Of a DNA stretch of 64,000 bases, positions 19,373 through 27,050 are shown in pieces. Where the stretch lies: positions 10,180-74,179 of the forward strand of contig JAEDKA010000008.1 in the NCBI GenBank assembly GCA_016296065.1, read 5' to 3'. This DNA is from Kiritimatiellia bacterium (GTDB lineage Bacteria; Verrucomicrobiota; Kiritimatiellia; RFP12; UBA1067). Within the stretch, counting starts at the first letter, position 1, and each line of letters starts with the position of its first letter. The notes beneath the pieces were generated by a model. That model did no database searches. It had not been told where the DNA came from and was given only the letters and a program-made list of their open reading frames with translations. The translations under genes and the position numbers were made by a program.

Positions 19373-20440
19373 TCACTTTGCGGCGCCGCGCTCCGGGAGA
19401 TTGAACTCGCAGAGGACGGTCGTGCCCGTCGGCACGGTCGACTTGATGTCGAACACGTCTGCGACGCGCTTGGAGTTGGAAAGCCCCATTCCGGCGCCGA
19501 AGCCCATGGAGCGTATCCAGTCGTTCGCGGTGGAGGTCCCGTCCCGTAGCGCCCACTCCACGTCCTTGATTCCAGGCCCCTTGTCCTTCGCTATGACCGT
19601 CGCCTTGTGGCTGTCGAGGATGAAGGTTATGGACCCCCCGAGGGAATGGATGCAGATGTTGATCTCCAGCTCATACGCGGCGACCGCTATGCGGCGGATG
19701 ATCTTCTTCTCGACCCCCGCGTCGCCCAGCATCTTCTTGATCGCGTTCGCAGCCTTGCCGGCGTTAGTGAGGTCGTTCCGCACGACTACGAACTGCCGCA
19801 TCGAGTAGTACGGCAGGACGGGCTCGCTCTTGCTCGACTCCTGGCCATGCTCCGCGCCCTGCTGTTCCGTCCCCGGCGCGCCCTCGAGCCTTGCGAGCTC
19901 ATTCGTGAGCTCGCGCATCAGCACTCGCGTGACGTCGCGCTGCGAGACAATGCCCACGAGATCGCGCTCCTTGTTCAGCACCGGGAAGCGCCCGAAGATG
20001 TAGTTCTCGAAGTACTTGAGCGCGAAGGCGAGCGGCATGTCCTCCTCCAGGACGACGAGGTTCGTCGCCATGTGCTTCTGGCACTGCTCGCCGATCCACC
20101 CGCCCTCGAGAGCGAGGATGATGTCGTTTATCGAGACGATTCCGAAGAGGCGCTTGCCCTCCACCACCGGGACGCCGGAGATGTGGTTGCGCTTCATCAG
20201 GTTCTGCGCGAAATGCATCGTGTCTGTCCTGACGACCGAGATGATGTCGTGGTCGCGCATGACGTCCTTCACGCGCAGGCGCTGCAGGAGCTCCATGATG
20301 ACGAGCGGCTCGCCCTGCCCGCCCGAGCCCGGCAGGCCCGGACCAGACACGCGCTTGACGTGCTTGCGCTCGTGCGCGGCCATAATCTGGTCGTCGCTGA
20401 GCTTCTCGCCGCCTGTCAGGATCGTCGGACGGTACTCCAT
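19373..20440 (-). CDS. CBS-pair + GHKL ATPase (RsbW-like anti-sigma-type Ser/Thr kinase) fusion
   Basis: Two CBS motifs (VKDVM...GVPVV; ...GRFPVL...GIVSQRDV). Followed by AAYELEINICIH, DKGPGI and GFGAGMGL boxes. Start MEYRP at 20440 overlaps the upstream stop (ATGA). Confidence 0.7.
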   Translation of the reverse strand: MEYRPTILTGGEKLSDDQIMAAHERKHVKRVSGPGLPGSGGQGEPLVIMELLQRLRVKDVMRDHDIISVVRTDTMHFAQNLMKRNHISGVPVVEGKRLFGIVSINDIILALEGGWIGEQCQKHMATNLVVLEEDMPLAFALKYFENYIFGRFPVLNKERDLVGIVSQRDVTRVLMRELTNELARLEGAPGTEQQGAEHGQESSKSEPVLPYYSMRQFVVVRNDLTNAGKAANAIKKMLGDAGVEKKIIRRIAVAAYELEINICIHSLGGSITFILDSHKATVIAKDKGPGIKDVEWALRDGTSTANDWIRSMGFGAGMGLSNSKRVADVFDIKSTVPTGTTVLCEFNLPERGAAK

Positions 20441-20778
20441 CAGCCCTCCTTGGCGAGGAAGTCGTGGATGCGCACGCAGCTTTCGTACTTCGAGAGCGGC
20501 GAACTCACGAGCGGAATGCCGAGAGTGTCCGCGACCTGGCACATCGTCTGCGGCAGCGGCTTCGCGTTGTGCACGACCACGCACATCGCGCCGACGATGT
20601 TCGCCGTGCGGATCGCCTGGTCGGACGCAAGGGACGTAAGCAGCAGGATGTCGTCGCCGTCGTTGAGCAGAACGTCGCTCATGAGGTCGTTCGCAACCAC
20701 AGTGCCGACCGTCCGGTCGGACTCCCCACCCGCGACGAGCGTGCCGTCAAGGGTCTTAACAATGTCAGTGATGTTCAT
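20440..20778 (-). CDS. Small DRTGG-domain protein
   Basis: 112 aa. NDLMSDVL...ILLLTSLASDQAIRTANIVGAMCVVV...GIPLVSS pattern. ATG is 9 nt downstream of TGCTATACT. Confidence 0.6.
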   Translation of the reverse strand: MNITDIVKTLDGTLVAGGESDRTVGTVVANDLMSDVLLNDGDDILLLTSLASDQAIRTANIVGAMCVVVHNAKPLPQTMCQVADTLGIPLVSSPLSKYESCVRIHDFLAKEG

Positions 20779-20787
20779 TTGGCGTAT

Positions 20788-20796
20788 AGTATAGCA
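20788..20796 (-). promoter_or_regulatory. Extended -10 TGCTATACT, 9 nt before the DRTGG ATG 20778
   Basis: Read directly from the sequence. Back-to-back with the plus-strand box at 20812-20820. Confidence 0.55.
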
Positions 20797-20811
20797 AAAA
20801 AAATCCGCATT

Positions 20812-20820
20812 TGCTATAAT
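20812..20820 (+). promoter_or_regulatory. Extended -10 TGCTATAAT, 7 nt before the PHP GTG 20828
   Basis: Read directly from the sequence. Confidence 0.55.
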
Positions 20821-20827
20821 AGGCGGC

Positions 20828-21589
20828 GTGAAGTTTGATTTACACATACACAGCTGCCTGTCGCCGTGCGCCAATCTGGAGATGGCGCCGTCGGAGATAG
20901 TGCGACAGGCGGTCGCGGCCGGGATGGACGGAATCGCCCTCACGGACCACCAGTCCGCACGCAATACCCCCGCGATCGCCGAATGCGCCAGGCGCGCCGG
21001 CCTCAAGTGCCTCTTCGGCATGGAGGTCCAGACCGCCGAGGAAGTCCATACCCTCGCCCTCTTCGACACCGTCGAGCAGGCGCTGGATATGACGGACTGG
21101 GTCTATGCCGCCATGCCCAAGCGCGTGAACGACCCAGAGACCTTCGGCGACCAGCCCGTCGTGACTTGGGACGACGACATCGTCGAGATGGAGTGGCGCA
21201 TCCTCGCGATGGGCTGCCGCCGCACGATACCCGAGACGGCGACGAAGGTGCACGAGCTGGGCGGACTCTTCATCGCCGCGCACGTCGACCGCAGAAACCA
21301 CTCAGTGCTGGGCACCCTCGGGACGATCCCGCGTCCGCTCGTCGACACGGAGATCCAGCCAGGCGGCGGACTCTTCTTCGACGCCGTCGAGCTCTCGCGC
21401 ACCGCCGACGAAACACTGTGGCTCCCGAAAGTCGAGGGCTACGCAGTGACGCGCTCATCCGATGCGCACAACATCGACGACGTAGCGCGCGTCTGGACCG
21501 AAGCCGACGGCGAATTCTCGGTCGCGGGACTCAAGGCCATCTTCGCCGCGAAGTCAACCCGCATCTCCCCCCGCCTGACAAGCTTTTAA
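20828..21589 (+). CDS. PHP-domain metal-dependent phosphoesterase
   Basis: MKFDLHIHSCLSPC..., ALTDH, AAHVDR, SDAH motifs. GTG start 7 nt downstream of TGCTATAAT. Confidence 0.75.
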   Translation: MKFDLHIHSCLSPCANLEMAPSEIVRQAVAAGMDGIALTDHQSARNTPAIAECARRAGLKCLFGMEVQTAEEVHTLALFDTVEQALDMTDWVYAAMPKRVNDPETFGDQPVVTWDDDIVEMEWRILAMGCRRTIPETATKVHELGGLFIAAHVDRRNHSVLGTLGTIPRPLVDTEIQPGGGLFFDAVELSRTADETLWLPKVEGYAVTRSSDAHNIDDVARVWTEADGEFSVAGLKAIFAAKSTRISPRLTSF

Positions 21590-21594
21590 TAAAT

Positions 21595-21652
21595 TCCAAA
21601 CCTCCAAACCTCCAAACTTCCAAACTTCCAACCCTCCAACCCTCCACCAACC
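21595..21652 (+). repeat. G-free tandem 8-mers (TCCAAACC x2, TCCAAACT x2, TCCAACCC x2, then TCCACCAACC) filling the PHP-DRTGG spacer up to the ATG
   Basis: Read directly from the sequence. Confidence 0.8.
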
Positions 21653-21988
21653 ATGACCTTCAACGAACTCAAAGACCGCGTCGGCGGCACAGTAGTCGTA
21701 GACAATCCCGAAGCAGCAATAAGCGCCGCCTACACCTCGGACCTTCTCTCCGACGTCATGGGACACTGCGGAGACGAATCGGTTCTCATAACGATCCAGA
21801 ACCACCTGAACGCAATAGCCGTCTGCACGCTCGCCGGAATCGAGGCGATCGTCCTCTGCCACGACAGGCCTGCCCCGGACGACATGATCGAGGCCGCGAA
21901 ACGCGAGGGCGTCGGCATAATGACGACTCCACTTTCCCAGTTCGAGGCATCCGTGAAGCTCGCCGACCTCGCTCCGGCAAAACGTTAA
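21653..21988 (+). CDS. Small DRTGG-domain protein (second copy)
   Basis: 111 aa. SDLLSDVMGH...VLITIQNHLNAIAVCTLAGIEAIVL...GVGIMTT, colinear with the 20440-20778 product. Confidence 0.6.
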   Translation: MTFNELKDRVGGTVVVDNPEAAISAAYTSDLLSDVMGHCGDESVLITIQNHLNAIAVCTLAGIEAIVLCHDRPAPDDMIEAAKREGVGIMTTPLSQFEASVKLADLAPAKR

Positions 21989-22017
21989 ACTGCAAGCAGG
22001 AGAATAGAAGGGCCTTC

Positions 22018-22061
22018 CGGGGACAGTCCCCGTGGTTTTCGGGGACAGTCCCCGTGGTCTT
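22018..22061. terminator. Tandem 22-bp units, each with hairpin GGGGAC-A-GTCCCC followed by GTGGTTTT / GTGGTCTT, between the convergent DRTGG and miaA genes. Likely bidirectional terminator.
   Basis: Read directly from the sequence. Confidence 0.5.
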
Positions 22062-22745
22062 TCAGAACGAAACGGACCAGGGGCCCTTGTCGCACCAGCA
22101 GCGGCGCACCGACTCAACCGTCGGCTCGACATAGAGCGGTGTCGCCTGGTGGCGGAACCACGTGTCCTGGCGCTTTGCAAGCTGGCACGTACGCGTAAGT
22201 ATCTTCGCGCGGTCGTCTCCCTCGCGGTAGCCTATGGCGAGCGAGGCCGTGCGAGACCACTCGGGATATTCAGCGTGAAGCGCACGCTTCTCCTCGTCAA
22301 GCCCTTCCATGAACATCCCGTCGAGCCTCGCGGCAATGCGCGCGCGCACGACCGCGCGGTCGATCTTGATCACAGGATACTCGGGCGGAGGCTTCTCCCA
22401 CCTGCGGTCGAGTCCACGAAGAAGCGCCGAAAAATACAACCCCGTTCCTCCCACGATGACGATCGGCACGTCTTGTGGAACTTTCGCCGCCCACTCTGCT
22501 GCCGCCCTTAGCCACGCACCTGACGAAAACTCCTCTGCCGGCGTCACTATGTCGACGCCGCCCATGTGGAACTCCTCGCGCTCCTCGCGCGGAGGCTTCG
22601 CCGTGCCGATGTCCATTCCGCGGTACACGAGCATGGAGTCCGCGCTCAGTATCCACGCGCCCATCTCGCGCGCGAGCTCGGCGGCGATCGCGCTCTTGCC
22701 GCTCGCGGTGGGGCCGGCTAGGATGTACGCTTCCCGAACGAGCAT
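22062..22745 (-). CDS. miaA: tRNA dimethylallyltransferase (short form)
   Basis: GPTASGKS P-loop and LSADSMLVYRGMDIGTAKP. Start moved to MLVREAY. Confidence 0.75.
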   Translation of the reverse strand: MLVREAYILAGPTASGKSAIAAELAREMGAWILSADSMLVYRGMDIGTAKPPREEREEFHMGGVDIVTPAEEFSSGAWLRAAAEWAAKVPQDVPIVIVGGTGLYFSALLRGLDRRWEKPPPEYPVIKIDRAVVRARIAARLDGMFMEGLDEEKRALHAEYPEWSRTASLAIGYREGDDRAKILTRTCQLAKRQDTWFRHQATPLYVEPTVESVRRCWCDKGPWSVSF

Positions 22746-23182
22746 AGGATCAGAATCCCCGCCGCGACTGTGATGAACGTATCGGCGAGGTTGAAGCACG
22801 GAAAGTGATATGCCGACTTCCAGTGGAAGTCGAGAAAGTCTATGACATATCCCCGGAACACTCGGTCGATCAGGTTGCCGACGATCCCCGCGTAGAGCAG
22901 CGCCTCGCAGACCGCGGCGCATTTGCCGCGCCCGAACACGGACTCGCGCTTCCACACGAGAAGCGCGAGCGCCACAATGGCGAACGCCGCGAGGGGCCAG
23001 ACCTGGCCCTGGAACATCCCCCACGCGCAGCCGCGGTTCTCGACATAGGCGAGATTGAAGAAGCCCGGAATCACGGAAACCGGACCGGACTCCTTCAGAT
23101 ACCCGGAGGCCAGTTCCTTCGAGACCGCATCCGCGAGGACGAGGTGCACGACGGCGACGAAGCAAAGCAGAAGCCGCTTCAT
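22718..23182 (-). CDS. lspA: Lipoprotein signal peptidase II
   Basis: NRGCAWG, GNLIDR, VIDFLDF, FNLAD motifs. ATG overlaps the upstream stop (ATGA). Confidence 0.9.
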   Translation of the reverse strand: MKRLLLCFVAVVHLVLADAVSKELASGYLKESGPVSVIPGFFNLAYVENRGCAWGMFQGQVWPLAAFAIVALALLVWKRESVFGRGKCAAVCEALLYAGIVGNLIDRVFRGYVIDFLDFHWKSAYHFPCFNLADTFITVAAGILILCSFGKRTS

Positions 23183-23967
23183 CAGCTGCGGGTACGCTCC
23201 ATCTCGCTCTGGCACTCCATGCACGTCATCACGAACGGCTGGTTCAGGAGTCGCGGCTTGCGGATGAGCTGGCCGCACGCCGTGCAGACGCCGTAAGTGC
23301 CGTCGTCGATGCGGTGAAGCGCCTCCTCGATCTGCTGAATCGTGCGGTTGATGTTGCCCATCTGGCCGAGAGCCTGCAGACGGAGCGTCTGGTTCGTGCC
23401 GTCGCCTCCGTCGGCCTCATAGTCGTCCGATTCGTTGAAACCCGTAGCCTTCATCGCGTCGACACCGCTGAGAGCCTCCTCGCGCGCCTCGAGAAGCCGC
23501 TTGCGGAACTCCTCGAGATCGGAAGCCGGAAACTTCGCAGTCGCCTCGCCCTGAACACGGGAAGTCGGCCTGCGAGTGAGCTTGATCTCGCTCTCGACGC
23601 GCTCCTGCTCAGCAGCCGCGGCCGAACGCTTCATCTCCTCGGCGATCGACATCGCGAAGGCCACGGCCTTTGCGGTTGCCTCCTCGGAGACAATATCATC
23701 CTGCGGCTTTACGACGGGCACGGGCTTGCGGCTGACATGCGGCGGGACGCGCTTGGCCTCGGCCTTCTTCGCAACCGGCTTCGCGGGCTCGGGCTTCTTG
23801 GCCGCGGGCTTCGCGACCGGCTTCGCAGACGCCGACTTTGCGGCGGGTTTCGCCGCAGGCTTCTTGGCGGCCGGCTTGGCGGGCGCAGGCTTCTTCGCCG
23901 GCGCCTTCTTGGGCGCGGGCTTCTTTGCGGACGTTTTCGTTGAAGGTTCTGCTATCGTGAATCCCAT
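23182..23967 (-). CDS. DksA/TraR-type C4 zinc-finger protein with N-terminal Lys/Ala/Pro-rich (histone H1-like) region
   Basis: C-terminal YGVCTACGQLI...MTCMECQ. N-terminal ~70 aa are KKPAPKKAPAKKPAPAKPAAKKPAAKPAAK... GAGGAGG SD upstream. Confidence 0.75.
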   Translation of the reverse strand: MGFTIAEPSTKTSAKKPAPKKAPAKKPAPAKPAAKKPAAKPAAKSASAKPVAKPAAKKPEPAKPVAKKAEAKRVPPHVSRKPVPVVKPQDDIVSEEATAKAVAFAMSIAEEMKRSAAAAEQERVESEIKLTRRPTSRVQGEATAKFPASDLEEFRKRLLEAREEALSGVDAMKATGFNESDDYEADGGDGTNQTLRLQALGQMGNINRTIQQIEEALHRIDDGTYGVCTACGQLIRKPRLLNQPFVMTCMECQSEMERTRS

Positions 23968-24017
23968 GACTTGCCTCCTCTCTTCTTGAGAACGGTGCCT
24001 GTTCGGCGTCTGAGGTA

Positions 24018-24026
24018 ATTATATCA
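24018..24026 (-). promoter_or_regulatory. Extended -10 TGATATAAT whose TGA is the greA stop codon. 50-nt leader with GAGGAGG SD before the dksA-like ATG.
   Basis: Read directly from the sequence. Confidence 0.5.
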
Positions 24027-26120
24027 TATCTGCATGCCGGGCGGAAGCTTCATCCACTCGCGAATTTCATCGGAGAGCGGACGTATCTCCTTGACCGACG
24101 CGAACTTGACCTCCCCGTCCTGGCCGGGAAGCTCGAACTGGTCGCCGACTTTCTTGCCGAGCATGTTCTCGGCGAGACGCGTCTTCGAGGAAAGGATGCC
24201 GCGATTGATGTCGTTGTCCCACTCGCCGAGCACAGAGTAGGTCTTGTCGCCCTCGGCGGTCGCGATCACGACGGTGACGCCGGGCATCACCTCGTCCGTC
24301 GTCGCGTCCGCGAAGTCGCCGGGCTTGACCGACTCCAGCTCCGCCTGCATGACAGTCTGCTTCTGCATGAGCGCGCGCTGCTCGTCCTTCGCGTACTGGT
24401 ACTCCGCGTTTTCGCTGAGGTCGCCGTAGCTCTTCGCGAACTCGATGCGCTTGACGTTCGCGGGCATGTCCTCGTTGATTAGCTTGAGGTACTCCTGCTT
24501 CTTCATCGCGAAGCTGCGGAACGACGTGACGCGCGCGTACTCCTTCTTCTTCTCGACGACGACGAGGTGCTTCGCCAGCGAGGGGACGATGTGCGTCATT
24601 CTCATGACGGTCGCGTGGTGCGTCGAGGGATCCCACGCGATGGACGCCTGGAAGCGCTCGAAGAAGAGCGTCTGGTCAGCCGGCGTGAGCAACTTGAAGA
24701 TCTTCTCCAGCCACGTCTTGTCGCCGAAGAGCCTGCGCACTATGTTCTGCATCTTGAGCGTCTCGCCACCCCGGCGTCCCTCGCCCAGCGCGATTGCGTG
24801 CGTGATGAGGGTCGACACGGGCGGAAGCTCGCTCCAGAGCTCGTACTTCTTGAGGACGCGAATCTTCTTTCCGTCGACCGGAACGTCCTCGTACTCGAAC
24901 TTGCCGAACTGCTCGATCTTGCCGATGATGAGCGTGACGAGCGTCGCCGGAGGCTGCGCGTCCTTCATGAAGTCGCCGATCGCCCTGCGGCAGGTCTCCT
25001 CCGCGCTGAAGCGCGAGACGATCTCCGCGACGGCCGCAAAGCACAGCTTCGGAATCGCCGCGTAAAGCTTGGCCTTCGCCTCGTCGTTCTCGGCGAGGAA
25101 GCCGATCATCGAGCCGACCTCGCGCGAGGGAAGCTCGGCGGCCGCCTTGACGAAGCGCGAACGCTCCCAGAGGTACTCGCGCATCTCAGACGCAGGCGGA
25201 TTCGCGAAGCCGAGCTCGCGCACGAGGCACGCGAGGCGCGCATACAGCGCGTCGTCGACCTTGCGCGCCGCCGTGACGGCGAACGAAAGGCGCTCGGAAA
25301 TCTTGGACTTGGTGGCCTCGTCTGCAACCTTGAACTTGCCCTGCGCGACGTACTCGCGAACGGCCGCGAGAATCGCCTTGGGGTCGGTCTCGTGCGCGAA
25401 CGCCGTGAGCCAGCCGTCGCCGTAGTCCTCGGCCGCGGCCCTGACGCGGATGGGCTCCGCGCGCTTGGCGGGGATCTCGACGAGCTTGTTGTGGCGAAGC
25501 TCCGCGCGCGCGGTGTCCCAGAACTTCTTCCAGTTGACCGCCTTGACGAAGCCGTTCTGCACGCAGACGTCCTCGAGACGGACGATCGGCATGTCGCCGA
25601 AGCTCTTGAGCACCGCGACGACGAATTCGCCAGGCTTGTCCTTGAGAAGCGCCTCGAATCCCGCGGGGTCGACCTCGCGCTTGACGAGGATGTGCCCGTC
25701 GGGAGCGGGCTCGAGCATGTCGCACGCCGCGGCGTACGCGAACTGGTGCCCCCTCTTTGTGCGGAAGTCAACCGTCACGCGCTTGTAGAAGTCGTCGACG
25801 CTCTTGACCTTGCCGAGGCCCCACGCCTTGCTGAGGACGAGCGCACCGGCCTCGCCGGGCTTCTTGGAGACGAGGTAAACGAGCTTCTCGAGCCTGACGA
25901 GCGACTCGTCGAGCGGACGCGCGCCGAATTCGGCCCCGTCCAGAAAAGAAAGAAGAAGGCGATCTTTGGTCGTCTTCTTCAATGCATCGCGTATCCCCGC
26001 CGGCTGAAGCTTCTTGCCAAGCTCCTCCTTGTTCTCGCGAACGAGGCGGAAGGCACCCTCGAAGTCGCCCTTCTCCGCGCATTCGCTAAGCTGTATTACC
26101 AACGATTCCGTATCGGCCAT
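24024..26120 (-). CDS. greA: Long-form GreA-family transcript cleavage factor (large N-terminal extension + C-terminal GreA module)
   Basis: 698 aa. Last ~160 aa carry GreA-like YGDLSENAEYQYAKDEQ and a C-terminal FKBP-like domain. AAGGAGAG SD upstream. Confidence 0.7.
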   Translation of the reverse strand: MADTESLVIQLSECAEKGDFEGAFRLVRENKEELGKKLQPAGIRDALKKTTKDRLLLSFLDGAEFGARPLDESLVRLEKLVYLVSKKPGEAGALVLSKAWGLGKVKSVDDFYKRVTVDFRTKRGHQFAYAAACDMLEPAPDGHILVKREVDPAGFEALLKDKPGEFVVAVLKSFGDMPIVRLEDVCVQNGFVKAVNWKKFWDTARAELRHNKLVEIPAKRAEPIRVRAAAEDYGDGWLTAFAHETDPKAILAAVREYVAQGKFKVADEATKSKISERLSFAVTAARKVDDALYARLACLVRELGFANPPASEMREYLWERSRFVKAAAELPSREVGSMIGFLAENDEAKAKLYAAIPKLCFAAVAEIVSRFSAEETCRRAIGDFMKDAQPPATLVTLIIGKIEQFGKFEYEDVPVDGKKIRVLKKYELWSELPPVSTLITHAIALGEGRRGGETLKMQNIVRRLFGDKTWLEKIFKLLTPADQTLFFERFQASIAWDPSTHHATVMRMTHIVPSLAKHLVVVEKKKEYARVTSFRSFAMKKQEYLKLINEDMPANVKRIEFAKSYGDLSENAEYQYAKDEQRALMQKQTVMQAELESVKPGDFADATTDEVMPGVTVVIATAEGDKTYSVLGEWDNDINRGILSSKTRLAENMLGKKVGDQFELPGQDGEVKFASVKEIRPLSDEIREWMKLPPGMQI

Positions 26121-26148
26121 TTGCTCTCCTTATTGAAATTGGGTAGAT

Positions 26149-26157
26149 ATTATACCA
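26149..26157 (-). promoter_or_regulatory. Extended -10 TGGTATAAT, 28 nt before the greA ATG
   Basis: Read directly from the sequence. Confidence 0.5.
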
Positions 26158-26194
26158 TAAATTCCCGCCGCGTGCGCTCGCCGCCTGTTCATGG

Positions 26195-27025
26195 TCACGG
26201 ACGCGTCGGCGCCGGCGGAAGAGCGGAATCAAAACCCGCAATGGCGATCTCGTTCCTGTTGGCGAAATCCACGACTTTCTCGCGGTCGAGCAGGAGGAGC
26301 CTGCGGGCCTGGAACGCAAGCGCCGTGACGCCGGCCTTCTTCATGGTCTTGAGCGTCTTGAGGCCCACGACCGGAATGTCGAAGCGCCAGTCGTGCCCTG
26401 CGCGGGCGGCCTTGCAGAGGACGGACCCCCTCCCTAGCTTCCCAGCGCGGCGTATCGCAGCGTTTGTCCCCTCGAACGCCTCCACGGCGAGCACCATCCC
26501 CGCCTTCACGAGGACCGTCTGCCCGACGTCGTGGCGTCCGACGTCCTCCGCAACCTGAAAGCCCCGCGCGGCGTCCGTCTTCTCGACTTCCGTAAAACCG
26601 CGCGCAGTGAGAACGCCTTCGCCAGGGATCGAATCCTCCATGAAGGAACTCGCGGGGATCATCCTGACGCCCGCCTTCTCGAACTCCGAGACGAGCTTGC
26701 CGAATATGGTGTGCGCGTTCTTGACGGGCATCTCGGCAAGCCACTGCCTGACGACGGGGCCGAACTTGCCGCGGAAAAGCGAGAGCGGGCTGACCTGTCC
26801 GGCCAGCACCGCGCCGTCGTAGCCCTGCGATGCCGTCCAGCGTATCGCCACTTCGCTCTCACCAACCGCAAACGGGAACACGTGGTCGGCCGCGCGCGCG
26901 GTCGCGCGCTCGCAGGAGCCCTTCACTGCCATGACGTCTACAGTCTCGACCCCGGCGCGCCTCGCGCCCTCGACAAGGAGCCGCGGGTACTCGCCCGCCC
27001 CTGCGATGACGATGAGCTTCTTCAT
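26195..27025 (-). CDS. lpxI: LpxI-family (DUF1009) UDP-2,3-diacylglucosamine hydrolase-like protein
   Basis: MKKLIVIAGAGEYPRLL... and ...DWRFDIPVVGLKTLKTMKKAGVTALAFQA. The Ser/Arg-rich ORF-track N-terminal extension was discarded. Confidence 0.55.
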   Translation of the reverse strand: MKKLIVIAGAGEYPRLLVEGARRAGVETVDVMAVKGSCERATARAADHVFPFAVGESEVAIRWTASQGYDGAVLAGQVSPLSLFRGKFGPVVRQWLAEMPVKNAHTIFGKLVSEFEKAGVRMIPASSFMEDSIPGEGVLTARGFTEVEKTDAARGFQVAEDVGRHDVGQTVLVKAGMVLAVEAFEGTNAAIRRAGKLGRGSVLCKAARAGHDWRFDIPVVGLKTLKTMKKAGVTALAFQARRLLLLDREKVVDFANRNEIAIAGFDSALPPAPTRP

Positions 27026-27050
27026 TTCGCCGCGCGGCGCATCTGCCGCG

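Noticed and set aside
21595-21652. Possible CRISPR array or microsatellite at the 8-bp tandem repeat, and the 22-bp tandem at 22018-22061
   Set aside because: The units are far too short and have no spacers. No cas genes are present. They are interpreted as a leader repeat and as terminator hairpins.
24567-26558. 663-aa plus-strand ORF opposite the long greA gene
   Set aside because: Shadow ORF with extreme Arg/Leu/Glu/Asp composition and no domains. The minus-strand product has a clear GreA module and SD.
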